DNA of 64,000 nucleotides, taken from positions 39,914 to 103,913 of the forward strand of contig JAICDB010000008.1 in NCBI GenBank assembly GCA_020063565.1. The letters are read 5' to 3'. Positions 28,186 to 37,001 of the stretch are shown in pieces (the first letter of the stretch is position 1; every line of letters begins with the position of its first letter). The position numbers were made by a program, and so were the translations under genes. Below the pieces are notes generated by a model that saw only the letters and a list, made by a program, of their open reading frames with translations, had not been told where the DNA came from and did not search any database. Origin of the DNA: Clostridiales bacterium (GTDB lineage: Bacteria > Bacillota > DSM-16504 > Desulfitibacterales > JAICDB01).

Positions 28186-29922
28186 CTATTTACAGGTATT
28201 TGAGCTGCAAGCAACTGTCGGTATTAAAATATCAGCCTTTTGTAGGACGGATATAACTGCAGTAAGGTTTATTTCGCATTTTAATTTATTGGTACCACTG
28301 GTTTTAAAGATACCCAATGTATTACCATCAGGACTACCAATATAGACACTTTTTGAAAGACCTAAATTTTCGCCGCCGGTAACTGACCAGCCAAACTGTG
28401 CCCAGGTTTTTTCTCCCGCCAGAACGCCCCAAATATTGCCGCTTTTGCTGGAAACAATATAGACCTTACCGGCAAAGCGTTCATTATTAGGAGAAGCGCT
28501 AGGGGCACCCAGCGCCAGGTCAGGCAGGCCATCGTTATCAAAATCACCTGCAGAGGATACAGATACCCCTACTTCTTCTCCGCTAACCGGACCTGCAAAA
28601 TGGAGTAGCTGGCTGCCATCCTTTCCCGAAAAAATATAGGCGGAACCTGCTTCCTTCCTTCCTCCGGGAGAACTGTTCGGAGCGCCAACCACTATTTCGG
28701 GAATTCCGTCGCCGTTAATATCATCTAGAGAATCTATTGAAAAACCGAGTCCCGCATTTTTCTCCGTACCTTGTATTGAGTAAATTAAATTTCCGCTCGC
28801 CCCGGAATAAACATAGACAATACCAGCCTGGTATATTCCTGAAGGTGACGCAAAGGGGGCTCCCACTACAAAGTCAGGAATACCGTCCCCGTCTATGTCT
28901 GCAATCTTTTTTACGGAGTAGCCGAAGGAATCATCTGGGTTTTGACCATCCAAACGGTAAAGAAGGCTGCCGGAGGTCCCGGAATAAACAAAAACGCTTC
29001 CGGCAGTAACTTTGCCCCCCGGAGAAGCTAAAGGGGCGCCTACGAGGATATCCGGAACCCCATCGCCATCCAGGTCCCCGGCCCAGCTTACCGACCAGCC
29101 AAACTGAGCTTCCGGTTCAGTGTTTTTAATTTCAAGGAGAGTTGTACCATCAAGACCTGATAAAACACGGATATAACCTGCCCGAAGCGCTGTACCAATC
29201 TTTGCACTTGGGGCGCCTGCCAGAATATCATTTAAACCGTCTCCATTTAAATCACAACCGGTAGCAAGGGAAAATCCCAAGTCATCTTCCGGAGCGGAAC
29301 CGTAGGCTTCAAAAAGTTTGTTTAAATTGGGATAAGAAAAGGCTGCCACTCGACCTGCATCTTCAATACTTCCAAAAGCTGCAGATGGAGAACCTACATC
29401 AATAGAAGCCGGATTGTTGTCAGTGGCAACAGCAAACCCAAACTGGTCGCCGGGTTGTTTTCCTTTAATTTGTATAAAATTTTCTCCGGGGGTAATGGTG
29501 CAATAGCAATAATCAGTGCATGTCTTAACCTGCAAGTCAAAGGAGCCTTCACCAGGTAAAGTAAGGTAGCAAAATAAAGAAAAGATGAGCTCTTTAGTAA
29601 AGGATTTGTCCCCCGTTGGGCAATGGATTGTAAATGCAAATGATTTGGCAATTTTTAAATATACACTATAAGCGCCGGGTTGCCAGGTCGGTTTGATATC
29701 TTGATAAATAATTTTTTCCGTACCGGGAAGGGGATTACAGTCTACAGTGCTGCAATCCAGGGAATTATAAAAAGGGAGTTCAAAAATGAACTCCTTTCTA
29801 ACTTTCTTATAACGGCTATCAATTACCCGATTTATGGAAATACATGTGATTTCATAGTCATTTGTAAAATTGCCAGAATAATTATTTGTATTTGTCTTTG
29901 CAATTGTTTGCATAGCGAGCAA
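28186..29922 (-). CDS. FG-GAP/integrin-alpha-like 7-blade propeller protein with Cys-rich N-terminal module, no signal peptide
   Basis: There are seven repeats of the type FGxSVxxxGDxxGDGxxDxxVGAP (for example FGWSVSWAGDLDGDGVPDILVGAP). The N-terminal ~170 aa are Cys-rich and there is a Cys-containing C-terminal tail. The start is 29922 (TTG) or 29913 (ATG). Confidence 0.85.
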   Translation of the reverse strand: MLAMQTIAKTNTNNYSGNFTNDYEITCISINRVIDSRYKKVRKEFIFELPFYNSLDCSTVDCNPLPGTEKIIYQDIKPTWQPGAYSVYLKIAKSFAFTIHCPTGDKSFTKELIFSLFCYLTLPGEGSFDLQVKTCTDYCYCTITPGENFIQIKGKQPGDQFGFAVATDNNPASIDVGSPSAAFGSIEDAGRVAAFSYPNLNKLFEAYGSAPEDDLGFSLATGCDLNGDGLNDILAGAPSAKIGTALRAGYIRVLSGLDGTTLLEIKNTEPEAQFGWSVSWAGDLDGDGVPDILVGAPLASPGGKVTAGSVFVYSGTSGSLLYRLDGQNPDDSFGYSVKKIADIDGDGIPDFVVGAPFASPSGIYQAGIVYVYSGASGNLIYSIQGTEKNAGLGFSIDSLDDINGDGIPEIVVGAPNSSPGGRKEAGSAYIFSGKDGSQLLHFAGPVSGEEVGVSVSSAGDFDNDGLPDLALGAPSASPNNERFAGKVYIVSSKSGNIWGVLAGEKTWAQFGWSVTGGENLGLSKSVYIGSPDGNTLGIFKTSGTNKLKCEINLTAVISVLQKADILIPTVACSSNTCK

Positions 29923-29965
29923 CCCCGTTAAAATTTGATGTGATTTACTAAATATTACCCTATAA

Positions 29966-29992
29966 TAAAATATGTCGGAGCAGGTAAAATGT
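29966..29992 (-). promoter_or_regulatory. sigmaK-type promoter candidate (AC-N16-CATATTTTA)
   Basis: The reverse complement reads aagaACattttacctgctccgaCATATTTTA. The -10 element lies about 43 nt upstream of the FG-GAP start. Confidence 0.45.
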
Positions 29993-29994
29993 TC

Positions 29995-31554
29995 TTACTT
30001 AACCCATGGTACCAGGTTCGGCCTGGGGTCAAGAATTGATTGATACTGCTCTTTTATACCATAAATACTGTTCGGATCAAGTTTCTTGTAGCGGTAATAC
30101 TTTTTTAAACGGTCTGCAGGTTTCATCCAGCCAAGGTGCTTAATTCTTAAGTCGCTGTTTACGCCTTTTAGTTCAGTTATATTTTTGGGAAAACGCCCGC
30201 AGTGCTGGGGAGTTTCCCTCCAGAGATAGTTAAAATCGGGAACGTACCTGACCATGAAGGGACGGTACCACTTATGGGCATTCCAGTATGCATCCTCACG
30301 GTAATAATTTTCATCCCACATATCGTATAAACGGAAGGAATAATAGTAGATGTCAGGACGTTCTGCCAGTGATTTTAAAAGGTGCCGCGCCCTGTCTTCG
30401 AAAATTTCATCAGCATCTAAAATCAAGATCCAGTCAGGTTGAGTTTCTACTGTCATTTCCCAGAGCTGCTTTCTGAGTACTATTTCGTTGTTAAAGGACG
30501 GCTCTTTATTGGAGATTAGGGTCAGGGGAATACCTTTCAAAAGTTCCTTGCAAACTTCCACAGTATTATCCTCGCTGGCATCGTCCAGAATAACGGCATG
30601 ATCTATATATTGCAGAGCATGTTTGAGAACCATTTCCAGATACCTGTCAGCTTCATTTCTTACCAGCATGGATAGGGTAATTCTACTTCCTTTTTCCCTC
30701 TTTCCGTGCCCTGCAGGCTGATTTTCAATATTTCGACTATTCTTGTTAGCGGTCTCAACTGAAAAAATTTTTTCCTTGTATGCTTTAAGTTCTGACAGTT
30801 CAGACTCCCGGTAGATGTGAAATGGGGGATAATGGGTATCTGCAAAAAGCTCCAGTCCCAGTGCAGCGGCCCGAACGCAAAAGTGGCGGTCTTCACCTGC
30901 AAGGCTCAGATTATATATTTCACTAAAGGACACCCCCATGGAAAGCGCCTTTCTGCTTATCAAGGTACAGGCTCCCAAACCGCCTACCTTGTAGGTACCA
31001 GGTTTAGATAACATTTCCAAAAACTTATCTGCTCTCTTACGCTGTTCTTCTTGGTTTAAGGTTTCACCCCTCTTTGCATGATACAATTTGTAATCGTCGG
31101 AAATCCATACCTGCGGAAGCGGGAGCATACCCGGTATCCACCTGGTCCAGTAGACCTCCGAGACAATATCCTTACCAAGGGAGACTAGATGGGTAATTGT
31201 TTTGGGATGCAGGTACAGATCGGAATCTACCAGAAAAAGATAGTCATAACCTTCTTCAAGCGCCAGGGTGATAAAGCTGTTTTTAAATTCAGCTACCTTC
31301 CAAATTAGATCCTCGCGCCAGTAATGGGTGGACTCGTCACAAATATAACAGTCCTCTGATTTTGTCGGAAAAATATGGACATTTTCTTTACCCCGGGAAA
31401 AATTGGTGAGTAAATCATGGTCGTTATTATCGTCAATAAAAGCGAAATCCAGCACTAAATTAGTGGATTCCAACCTCTCAAGGGACTCCAAAAACTCCGC
31501 CAGAATTACTTCTTTCTGCCTGACGGGACTTGCTATAAGAACCCGTTTTTTCAT
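29995..31554 (-). CDS. two-domain glycosyltransferase (N-terminal GT-A-like + C-terminal GT2)
   Basis: 519 aa. The C-terminal half has ITLSMLVRNEADRYL...AVILDDASEDNT...ILILDADE. The N-terminal half has VLIASPVRQKE...FIDDNND...LFLVDSD. Confidence 0.8.
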   Translation of the reverse strand: MKKRVLIASPVRQKEVILAEFLESLERLESTNLVLDFAFIDDNNDHDLLTNFSRGKENVHIFPTKSEDCYICDESTHYWREDLIWKVAEFKNSFITLALEEGYDYLFLVDSDLYLHPKTITHLVSLGKDIVSEVYWTRWIPGMLPLPQVWISDDYKLYHAKRGETLNQEEQRKRADKFLEMLSKPGTYKVGGLGACTLISRKALSMGVSFSEIYNLSLAGEDRHFCVRAAALGLELFADTHYPPFHIYRESELSELKAYKEKIFSVETANKNSRNIENQPAGHGKREKGSRITLSMLVRNEADRYLEMVLKHALQYIDHAVILDDASEDNTVEVCKELLKGIPLTLISNKEPSFNNEIVLRKQLWEMTVETQPDWILILDADEIFEDRARHLLKSLAERPDIYYYSFRLYDMWDENYYREDAYWNAHKWYRPFMVRYVPDFNYLWRETPQHCGRFPKNITELKGVNSDLRIKHLGWMKPADRLKKYYRYKKLDPNSIYGIKEQYQSILDPRPNLVPWVK

Positions 31555-31602
31555 TACTATACTCCTCTCAACCAGGTTACCATAAAACTGCCCGTCGAAA
31601 AT

Positions 31603-33117
31603 TCACATAAGAAACGTCCCTGATGTGAATGCAAAAGGGCCGGGGGAGTACGATGGACAAAATTCTTTTATTAATAAAAGCAATGAATTTTCAACCAGGA
31701 TTTTTAAACGCTTTTTGACAGGAAAGAAACAAGAATCATACCCTTTTTCCATAAGCGCAGCAAATTTGTAAATCTCCTGTGCAGTTACAGAAAGGTATTC
31801 AAAAGATAAATATTTTTCCGATGAAAATTTTAGCAGGGAAATTGTCTCAGAATAGCTTGCACTTAACTGAAGCAAATTCTCACCCTGCTTATTGTCGGAA
31901 ATTACATCGTAGATGGACAGCAGCAGGATTATAAGAGCTAATGATATTTCGCCGGTGTTTACAAGTTCCCCTGAGATTTCTTTTTTTTTCTGTAGCGAAG
32001 TGAACCGGCTAAGTTTTTCAATTGATACAGAAAACTTGTCTCTTTGAATGAGGCCGATCAACTGCGTGAGAGGATATAGAAACCTGCTTGATTTCTTAAG
32101 GGCTCTTAAATAGGAGTTTTTAGCTTCAGTATAATTAGCGGATAAATTATATGCATCCCCTAGCAAGGAAAGTATTTTAAAATCCGGTAGGGCCTTGTTA
32201 CCTTCTTTTTCAAATGCACCATTTAAGTCTATAACTGCTTCCAAGTATTTTTTTGTGTTAAAGTTTCCTATGCCCTTTAATAAAAGCAGGTTAGGATTTT
32301 CAGGCAACATTTCCAGAGATTTGCTTGTGAAATCAATTAACCTTTCAATTCTGCCTAATTTCAATAAGCCCACTGCAATATTAAGAACAACATCCTCAAA
32401 ATAACCTTCAGTTCCATGCATACCACGAAGAGCCTTTTCTAGAGATTGAAGCCCTTCGGAAATCTTACCCTCCTGGTAATGCTCCACGGCAAGGCAATAT
32501 AAAAGGAAAGGGTTATTAGGATTGTTTTGTAATTCCTGATAAATAATTGTTTTATTGCGATTGAATTTATCCTTTTTCACAACCTGCGATTTCAAATAGC
32601 CATAATGCTCGATTACCAGGGGAGCTGTTTTCAAGCCACTTCCACCGTTCTCATTTAAAATTGCCGGCGCCACCTGCTCATGAATGGCTCCAGTAAATCT
32701 ATAGACCGGTTTGTTTCTAAAGAGTCTGACAACCCGGTCCCAGGTCACTTTTTGCCCTGTGCCCACATAGTTTTTAATATGCAGGTAATAACCTTCAACA
32801 TTGGTATCGGAGAGCAATTGCTTAAATTCTTCACTACCAACCGGAGCCAGAGTTTCGTCGGCATCAAGCACCATTATCCAGTCACAGTCAGCCTGTTCCA
32901 GGGCAAAATTTCTGGCCTCAGAAAAATCCCCCCTCCAGGTGAAATGAAACACCTTGGCTCCTGCTGCACCGGCAATGCTGGCTGTCTGATCGTGAGACCC
33001 CGTATCTACTACGATTATTTCATCTACAAGGTGCTTGACGCTGTTTATGCAGGATAAAATAAACTCTTCTTCATTTTTTACTATCAGGCACAGGCTTATA
33101 GTTTCCTTTTTAGCCAT
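31603..33117 (-). CDS. GT2 glycosyltransferase fused to TPR repeats
   Basis: ORF 31603..33129, with the likely ATG at 33117. It has ISLCLIVKNEEE...IIVVDTGSHDQT...IMVLDADE and a helical-repeat C-terminal half. It overlaps the upstream stop by 8 nt. Confidence 0.85.
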   Translation of the reverse strand: MAKKETISLCLIVKNEEEFILSCINSVKHLVDEIIVVDTGSHDQTASIAGAAGAKVFHFTWRGDFSEARNFALEQADCDWIMVLDADETLAPVGSEEFKQLLSDTNVEGYYLHIKNYVGTGQKVTWDRVVRLFRNKPVYRFTGAIHEQVAPAILNENGGSGLKTAPLVIEHYGYLKSQVVKKDKFNRNKTIIYQELQNNPNNPFLLYCLAVEHYQEGKISEGLQSLEKALRGMHGTEGYFEDVVLNIAVGLLKLGRIERLIDFTSKSLEMLPENPNLLLLKGIGNFNTKKYLEAVIDLNGAFEKEGNKALPDFKILSLLGDAYNLSANYTEAKNSYLRALKKSSRFLYPLTQLIGLIQRDKFSVSIEKLSRFTSLQKKKEISGELVNTGEISLALIILLLSIYDVISDNKQGENLLQLSASYSETISLLKFSSEKYLSFEYLSVTAQEIYKFAALMEKGYDSCFFPVKKRLKILVENSLLLLIKEFCPSYSPGPFAFTSGTFLM

Positions 33118-34867
33118 GAGTATTACCACCGATTTTGAATTTATAATTGAGAGAGCTCCTAACCCTACCCGCTTTATCCCGGTAAAATTCCAATAAGGTA
33201 AGATAACCCTGAGGTGACGTACTCTTAATAATAGATTTCAAATTAGCAGCTAATTGCAGAAGACGGGGATTTTGCCTTCCGTATTCGGGCAGATAGTAAT
33301 TGCATAAATTGAATATTTCCAAGGCAGGTGTTAGTAGTTCTTTTTCCCGTATTTTTTGGGGACAGTTTATGATCCCGTCCTTTTCCATCATGCGGGTTAA
33401 GTTTACCAATATCCACCCTTCGCACCTTGTCTCCTGGTTTCTCCATAATTTAAGCGCTAAAGATCTTCCTTCTGCAAAACGTTCCAGCAATAGGAGGGCA
33501 ATTGTTTGCAGAATTTGGGATTGGATATAAAACTTGCTTTCCACTGAAACCTGTTTCAGATGTTTTAAGCCCTGCTCTAACTTACCTGAAAAAATATTGT
33601 ATTGTCCCAAACAAAACCGCATTTCATCACAATTTTTTTTATCTGCTACTTCTTCCAGGGATAGACGGGCGAGACCCGGAAACCCGGAAGCAAAAAATAA
33701 ATTTGCAACCGGCAAAGCTAATTGGCTACTGCCCAGGTAGCCTTTCTCTTTTAAATATTTCAGCGTATGGCGGGCACCGCTTTTTGCCTTAAGTAGCAAA
33801 AAGAGATTGTAAATAGGAAAAGTATACTTGGGGTTAGCAGCCAGGGCTTGTTCATAATAATTTTGTGCTGCATTTGTTTGACCAAGCATTTCGTGACAGT
33901 ATCCCAGGTGGTAAAAGGCCAGAAAGCTTTCAGTTCCGTTCATGTGGCTGTAGAAAGGTGGTGGTGTTCCACACTTCACTGCCTGGTTAAACCACTTTAT
34001 GGCCAACTGTAACTCTTTCTTTTCCTCGAAAAGAATTCCACACAGGTAATAGATATCAGTATAGTCAGGATACTTCAGTTCTGCTTCCAGGCAGAGGCAA
34101 ATTGCTTCATCAAGTCTTCCTAAGGATTGCAGGCTAATAATCAAGTAACGTAAAGCCGGCGCCCGGAAGAAAAGGTTACTGTCGGTAATATTCCGATAGG
34201 CCTTCTCCAAGTACGGAAGCGCCTTACCGGGCTTTCCCAACATCAACCACTCGACCCCAAGGTAATATTCAAGAAAGTGGTTCTGGGGTTCCCTAGAGTA
34301 TGCTTTTTTCAGTAGAGATAGATTGCGCCCTCTTTTACGGTTGCGTTCCCCGGAAGGGAGCATTTTATGTTTTATAACAGGTCCAGCTGCCATCCTTAGC
34401 GCTTCTTTTTTAGTAATAACAATCTGTTCGTGAATTTTACCCTCAAATCTGTATTGCCCGTTATTTTTAAAGAGCCGAAGTACAAGAAAGCGGTTGTATT
34501 CACCGTTACCGTCAGCAGTAGGGTTATCAAGCGGTAGAAGATAGGCTTCCGTGCTTTTATCACGGGTTATAAGACCCTTTAAATCGCCGGTTTCGGCAGC
34601 TAATTCTTCATCAGCATCGAGGGACAAAATCCATTCACTACTTGCTTTCTCAATTGCAAAATTGCGAGCTGCACTGAAATCATCGTCCCAGGGGTACCGG
34701 TAAATCTTATTTGTAAACTTCCGGGCTATTTCCAGGGTACTATCTGTGGAACCGGTATCCACGATAACGATTTCGTCCACCTGGTGGCTTACACTGTCAA
34801 GGCAGGCCTGTAAATTTTCCTCTTCATTTTTTACGATCATTGCCAGAGTAATGGTACCTTCTTTCAT
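33110..34867 (-). CDS. GT2 glycosyltransferase fused to TPR repeats
   Basis: It has ITLAMIVKNEEENL...IVIVDTGSTDST...ILSLDADE followed by TPR-like repeats (YYLCGILFEEKKELQLAIKWFNQAV, YHLGYCHEMLGQTNAAQNYYEQALAANP). An ATGA overlap joins it to the upstream gene. Confidence 0.85.
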   Translation of the reverse strand: MKEGTITLAMIVKNEEENLQACLDSVSHQVDEIVIVDTGSTDSTLEIARKFTNKIYRYPWDDDFSAARNFAIEKASSEWILSLDADEELAAETGDLKGLITRDKSTEAYLLPLDNPTADGNGEYNRFLVLRLFKNNGQYRFEGKIHEQIVITKKEALRMAAGPVIKHKMLPSGERNRKRGRNLSLLKKAYSREPQNHFLEYYLGVEWLMLGKPGKALPYLEKAYRNITDSNLFFRAPALRYLIISLQSLGRLDEAICLCLEAELKYPDYTDIYYLCGILFEEKKELQLAIKWFNQAVKCGTPPPFYSHMNGTESFLAFYHLGYCHEMLGQTNAAQNYYEQALAANPKYTFPIYNLFLLLKAKSGARHTLKYLKEKGYLGSSQLALPVANLFFASGFPGLARLSLEEVADKKNCDEMRFCLGQYNIFSGKLEQGLKHLKQVSVESKFYIQSQILQTIALLLLERFAEGRSLALKLWRNQETRCEGWILVNLTRMMEKDGIINCPQKIREKELLTPALEIFNLCNYYLPEYGRQNPRLLQLAANLKSIIKSTSPQGYLTLLEFYRDKAGRVRSSLNYKFKIGGNTHG

Positions 34868-36834
34868 GTTACCGGTTCCTCCTCCGATAACTTCATGAAA
34901 ACCTTCATATCGGGGTATTTTTGCATGGCTTCCTGTAAAATTTTTTTGCGCTTGTTATCGTATAAGTTGATTAGCCTGATATAATAACGTGGTACATTGC
35001 TATTTATTTCCAATGCCCGCCGGTAATTTTGTTCTGCTTGATAATAATTATCTGTTTCTTGATAAATTTCAGCCAGGAGATAATATGTTTCAGCATCAGC
35101 GGTAGCAGTTAAATATTCTTTTAACAACTCTTTTGTTTTTTCCTTATAACCGTAGTCATAAAAGAGCTGAGCAATGTTTAGCTTGTGTTCAGTCAAACTT
35201 TCGGGATTGACCATGTTCAAGAGGCGCTCTACCTTATCTGTTTCATCCATATCAAGCAATCTTTTTACTATATCAAGCAGAAGATCCATTCCATCATTCC
35301 CGAGGGTTACGGCTGAAACACCTTTCTTATCCAGCACATCTACAAGAAGCTTTAATACTTTTTCCGTATCCTCCGCCAGGCCAAAGGAACAGAACTCTCC
35401 AAAAAGAGCACGTACTCTCTTCTTATTATCCTGGAGCCAAAAGCAAAACAACTGGTTAAACTTTGCAAGAGGGTAGAGATAGCTCTCAGAAGTGAACTCC
35501 TCAATAATTCTCAGCGCTTCCAGGTATCTTCGTTCTTGAATCAGACAAATGATTTTTCGCAGTTTAATTTCGGGGGAAGCAGTTTTATTTTTTGTGCCTT
35601 TTTCAAGATATTCCAGAGCAAGCTTATAGGCTCCCTGCCGAAAGAAGATATCACCCATAATTAGGTTGGCCCTGGCAGTACAAAATTCAAATACCTTTTC
35701 CAGGCATTCAACTGTATATTCAGGGTTTTCACGGGGATTAAGGATACGTACTATATTTTCCAGGGCAGGTGTAAATTCCGGGTTGTCACGCAAACTTGCC
35801 ATGTAGTACCTAATGGCATCTTCATACTTTAAAAAAGTTTCTGCTATTTGTCCCAGGTAGTAGAACGATCTAAATCCCCTTACACCGGCAAAAGAAGCAT
35901 ACTGGGCGGGTTGTTCCGGCATTGAAACCGCCTTTTGAAAAGAGTCGCTGGCATTGGCGTACTGCCTCAATTCTAAATAAAGCAACCCTGCATAGTAATA
36001 AAGGTCTGCATAATTGGGAAAGTGTTGTAGGCCAAGCTGGACAATAGCGAGCGCCCTATCCGGCTGCCCTGCGGACTGGTGAGACATGACAATATACCTT
36101 AAAAGTTTTGGAAGGTAAATAGTATTGGGGTCTATACCGTTTGCCGCTCGAGTCAATTCCCTGGCTGCCTCTGCATATCTTTCGGCACGGAAAAGCTCAA
36201 CGCCGTAATGATACCTTAATAACTTGTTTTCCGGTTTTTGTGCAAGTTCCCTTTCAATTATTTTCAGGTTTCTTTCTTTTTTATTTTTTTCATTTATTTG
36301 CCTGTCTAGATAACCATAATGGACGACTACTATCTCTTCAGCTATTTTATAAGCGGCAGTGTTGTTCTTTTCCAGAATAACATCAGCTATTTGCTCGTGA
36401 ATAGCCCCGCGAAATCTATAATCACGCCTGTTTCTAAAAAGACGAAAGATTAAATCGGGACAGGTTTCAATCCATCCTTCGTTGCCAATATAGTTGATGA
36501 CCTTGATAAAATAACCTTCTACACTATCGTCAGTCACCAGACTTCGCAGCGCTTCCTTACTTTCTTTTGCCAGTTCTTCGTCGGCATCCAGAAACAAGAT
36601 CCAATCTCCGGTAGCAAGCTCCAAGGAAGCGTTCCGAGCATCACTAAAATTTTCATTCCAGCAAAAAGACTGGATTTTTGCTCCAAATTCACGGGCTATT
36701 TGACAGGTATTGTCAGAAGAACCTGTATCAACAACAATTATTTCATCCACCACATCGGCTACGCTACTCAGACATCTGCGGATGTTTTGCTCTTCATCCT
36801 TGATAATCATACATAAACTGATTGAGGTATCCAT
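34864..36834 (-). CDS. GT2 glycosyltransferase fused to TPR repeats
   Basis: It has ISLCMIIKDEEQNI...IIVVDTGSSDNT...ILFLDADE followed by about 400 aa of TPR-like repeats (YYLLAEIYQETDNYYQAEQNYRRALEINS). Confidence 0.85.
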   Translation of the reverse strand: MDTSISLCMIIKDEEQNIRRCLSSVADVVDEIIVVDTGSSDNTCQIAREFGAKIQSFCWNENFSDARNASLELATGDWILFLDADEELAKESKEALRSLVTDDSVEGYFIKVINYIGNEGWIETCPDLIFRLFRNRRDYRFRGAIHEQIADVILEKNNTAAYKIAEEIVVVHYGYLDRQINEKNKKERNLKIIERELAQKPENKLLRYHYGVELFRAERYAEAARELTRAANGIDPNTIYLPKLLRYIVMSHQSAGQPDRALAIVQLGLQHFPNYADLYYYAGLLYLELRQYANASDSFQKAVSMPEQPAQYASFAGVRGFRSFYYLGQIAETFLKYEDAIRYYMASLRDNPEFTPALENIVRILNPRENPEYTVECLEKVFEFCTARANLIMGDIFFRQGAYKLALEYLEKGTKNKTASPEIKLRKIICLIQERRYLEALRIIEEFTSESYLYPLAKFNQLFCFWLQDNKKRVRALFGEFCSFGLAEDTEKVLKLLVDVLDKKGVSAVTLGNDGMDLLLDIVKRLLDMDETDKVERLLNMVNPESLTEHKLNIAQLFYDYGYKEKTKELLKEYLTATADAETYYLLAEIYQETDNYYQAEQNYRRALEINSNVPRYYIRLINLYDNKRKKILQEAMQKYPDMKVFMKLSEEEPVT

Positions 36835-37001
36835 AAAGATTATGCTGCTCCTTATAACTAGTTAATGTTTCTCCTATAATTCACTATATGTAGAGATTTA
36901 AAAAAATTTAAAGAAAATGTAAAAAAACCAGAACTTTCCACCTGTATGTGAAATACTATATTACTAAATAAAACAAAGTTTAAGTAAAGGGGGGAATCTT
37001 A

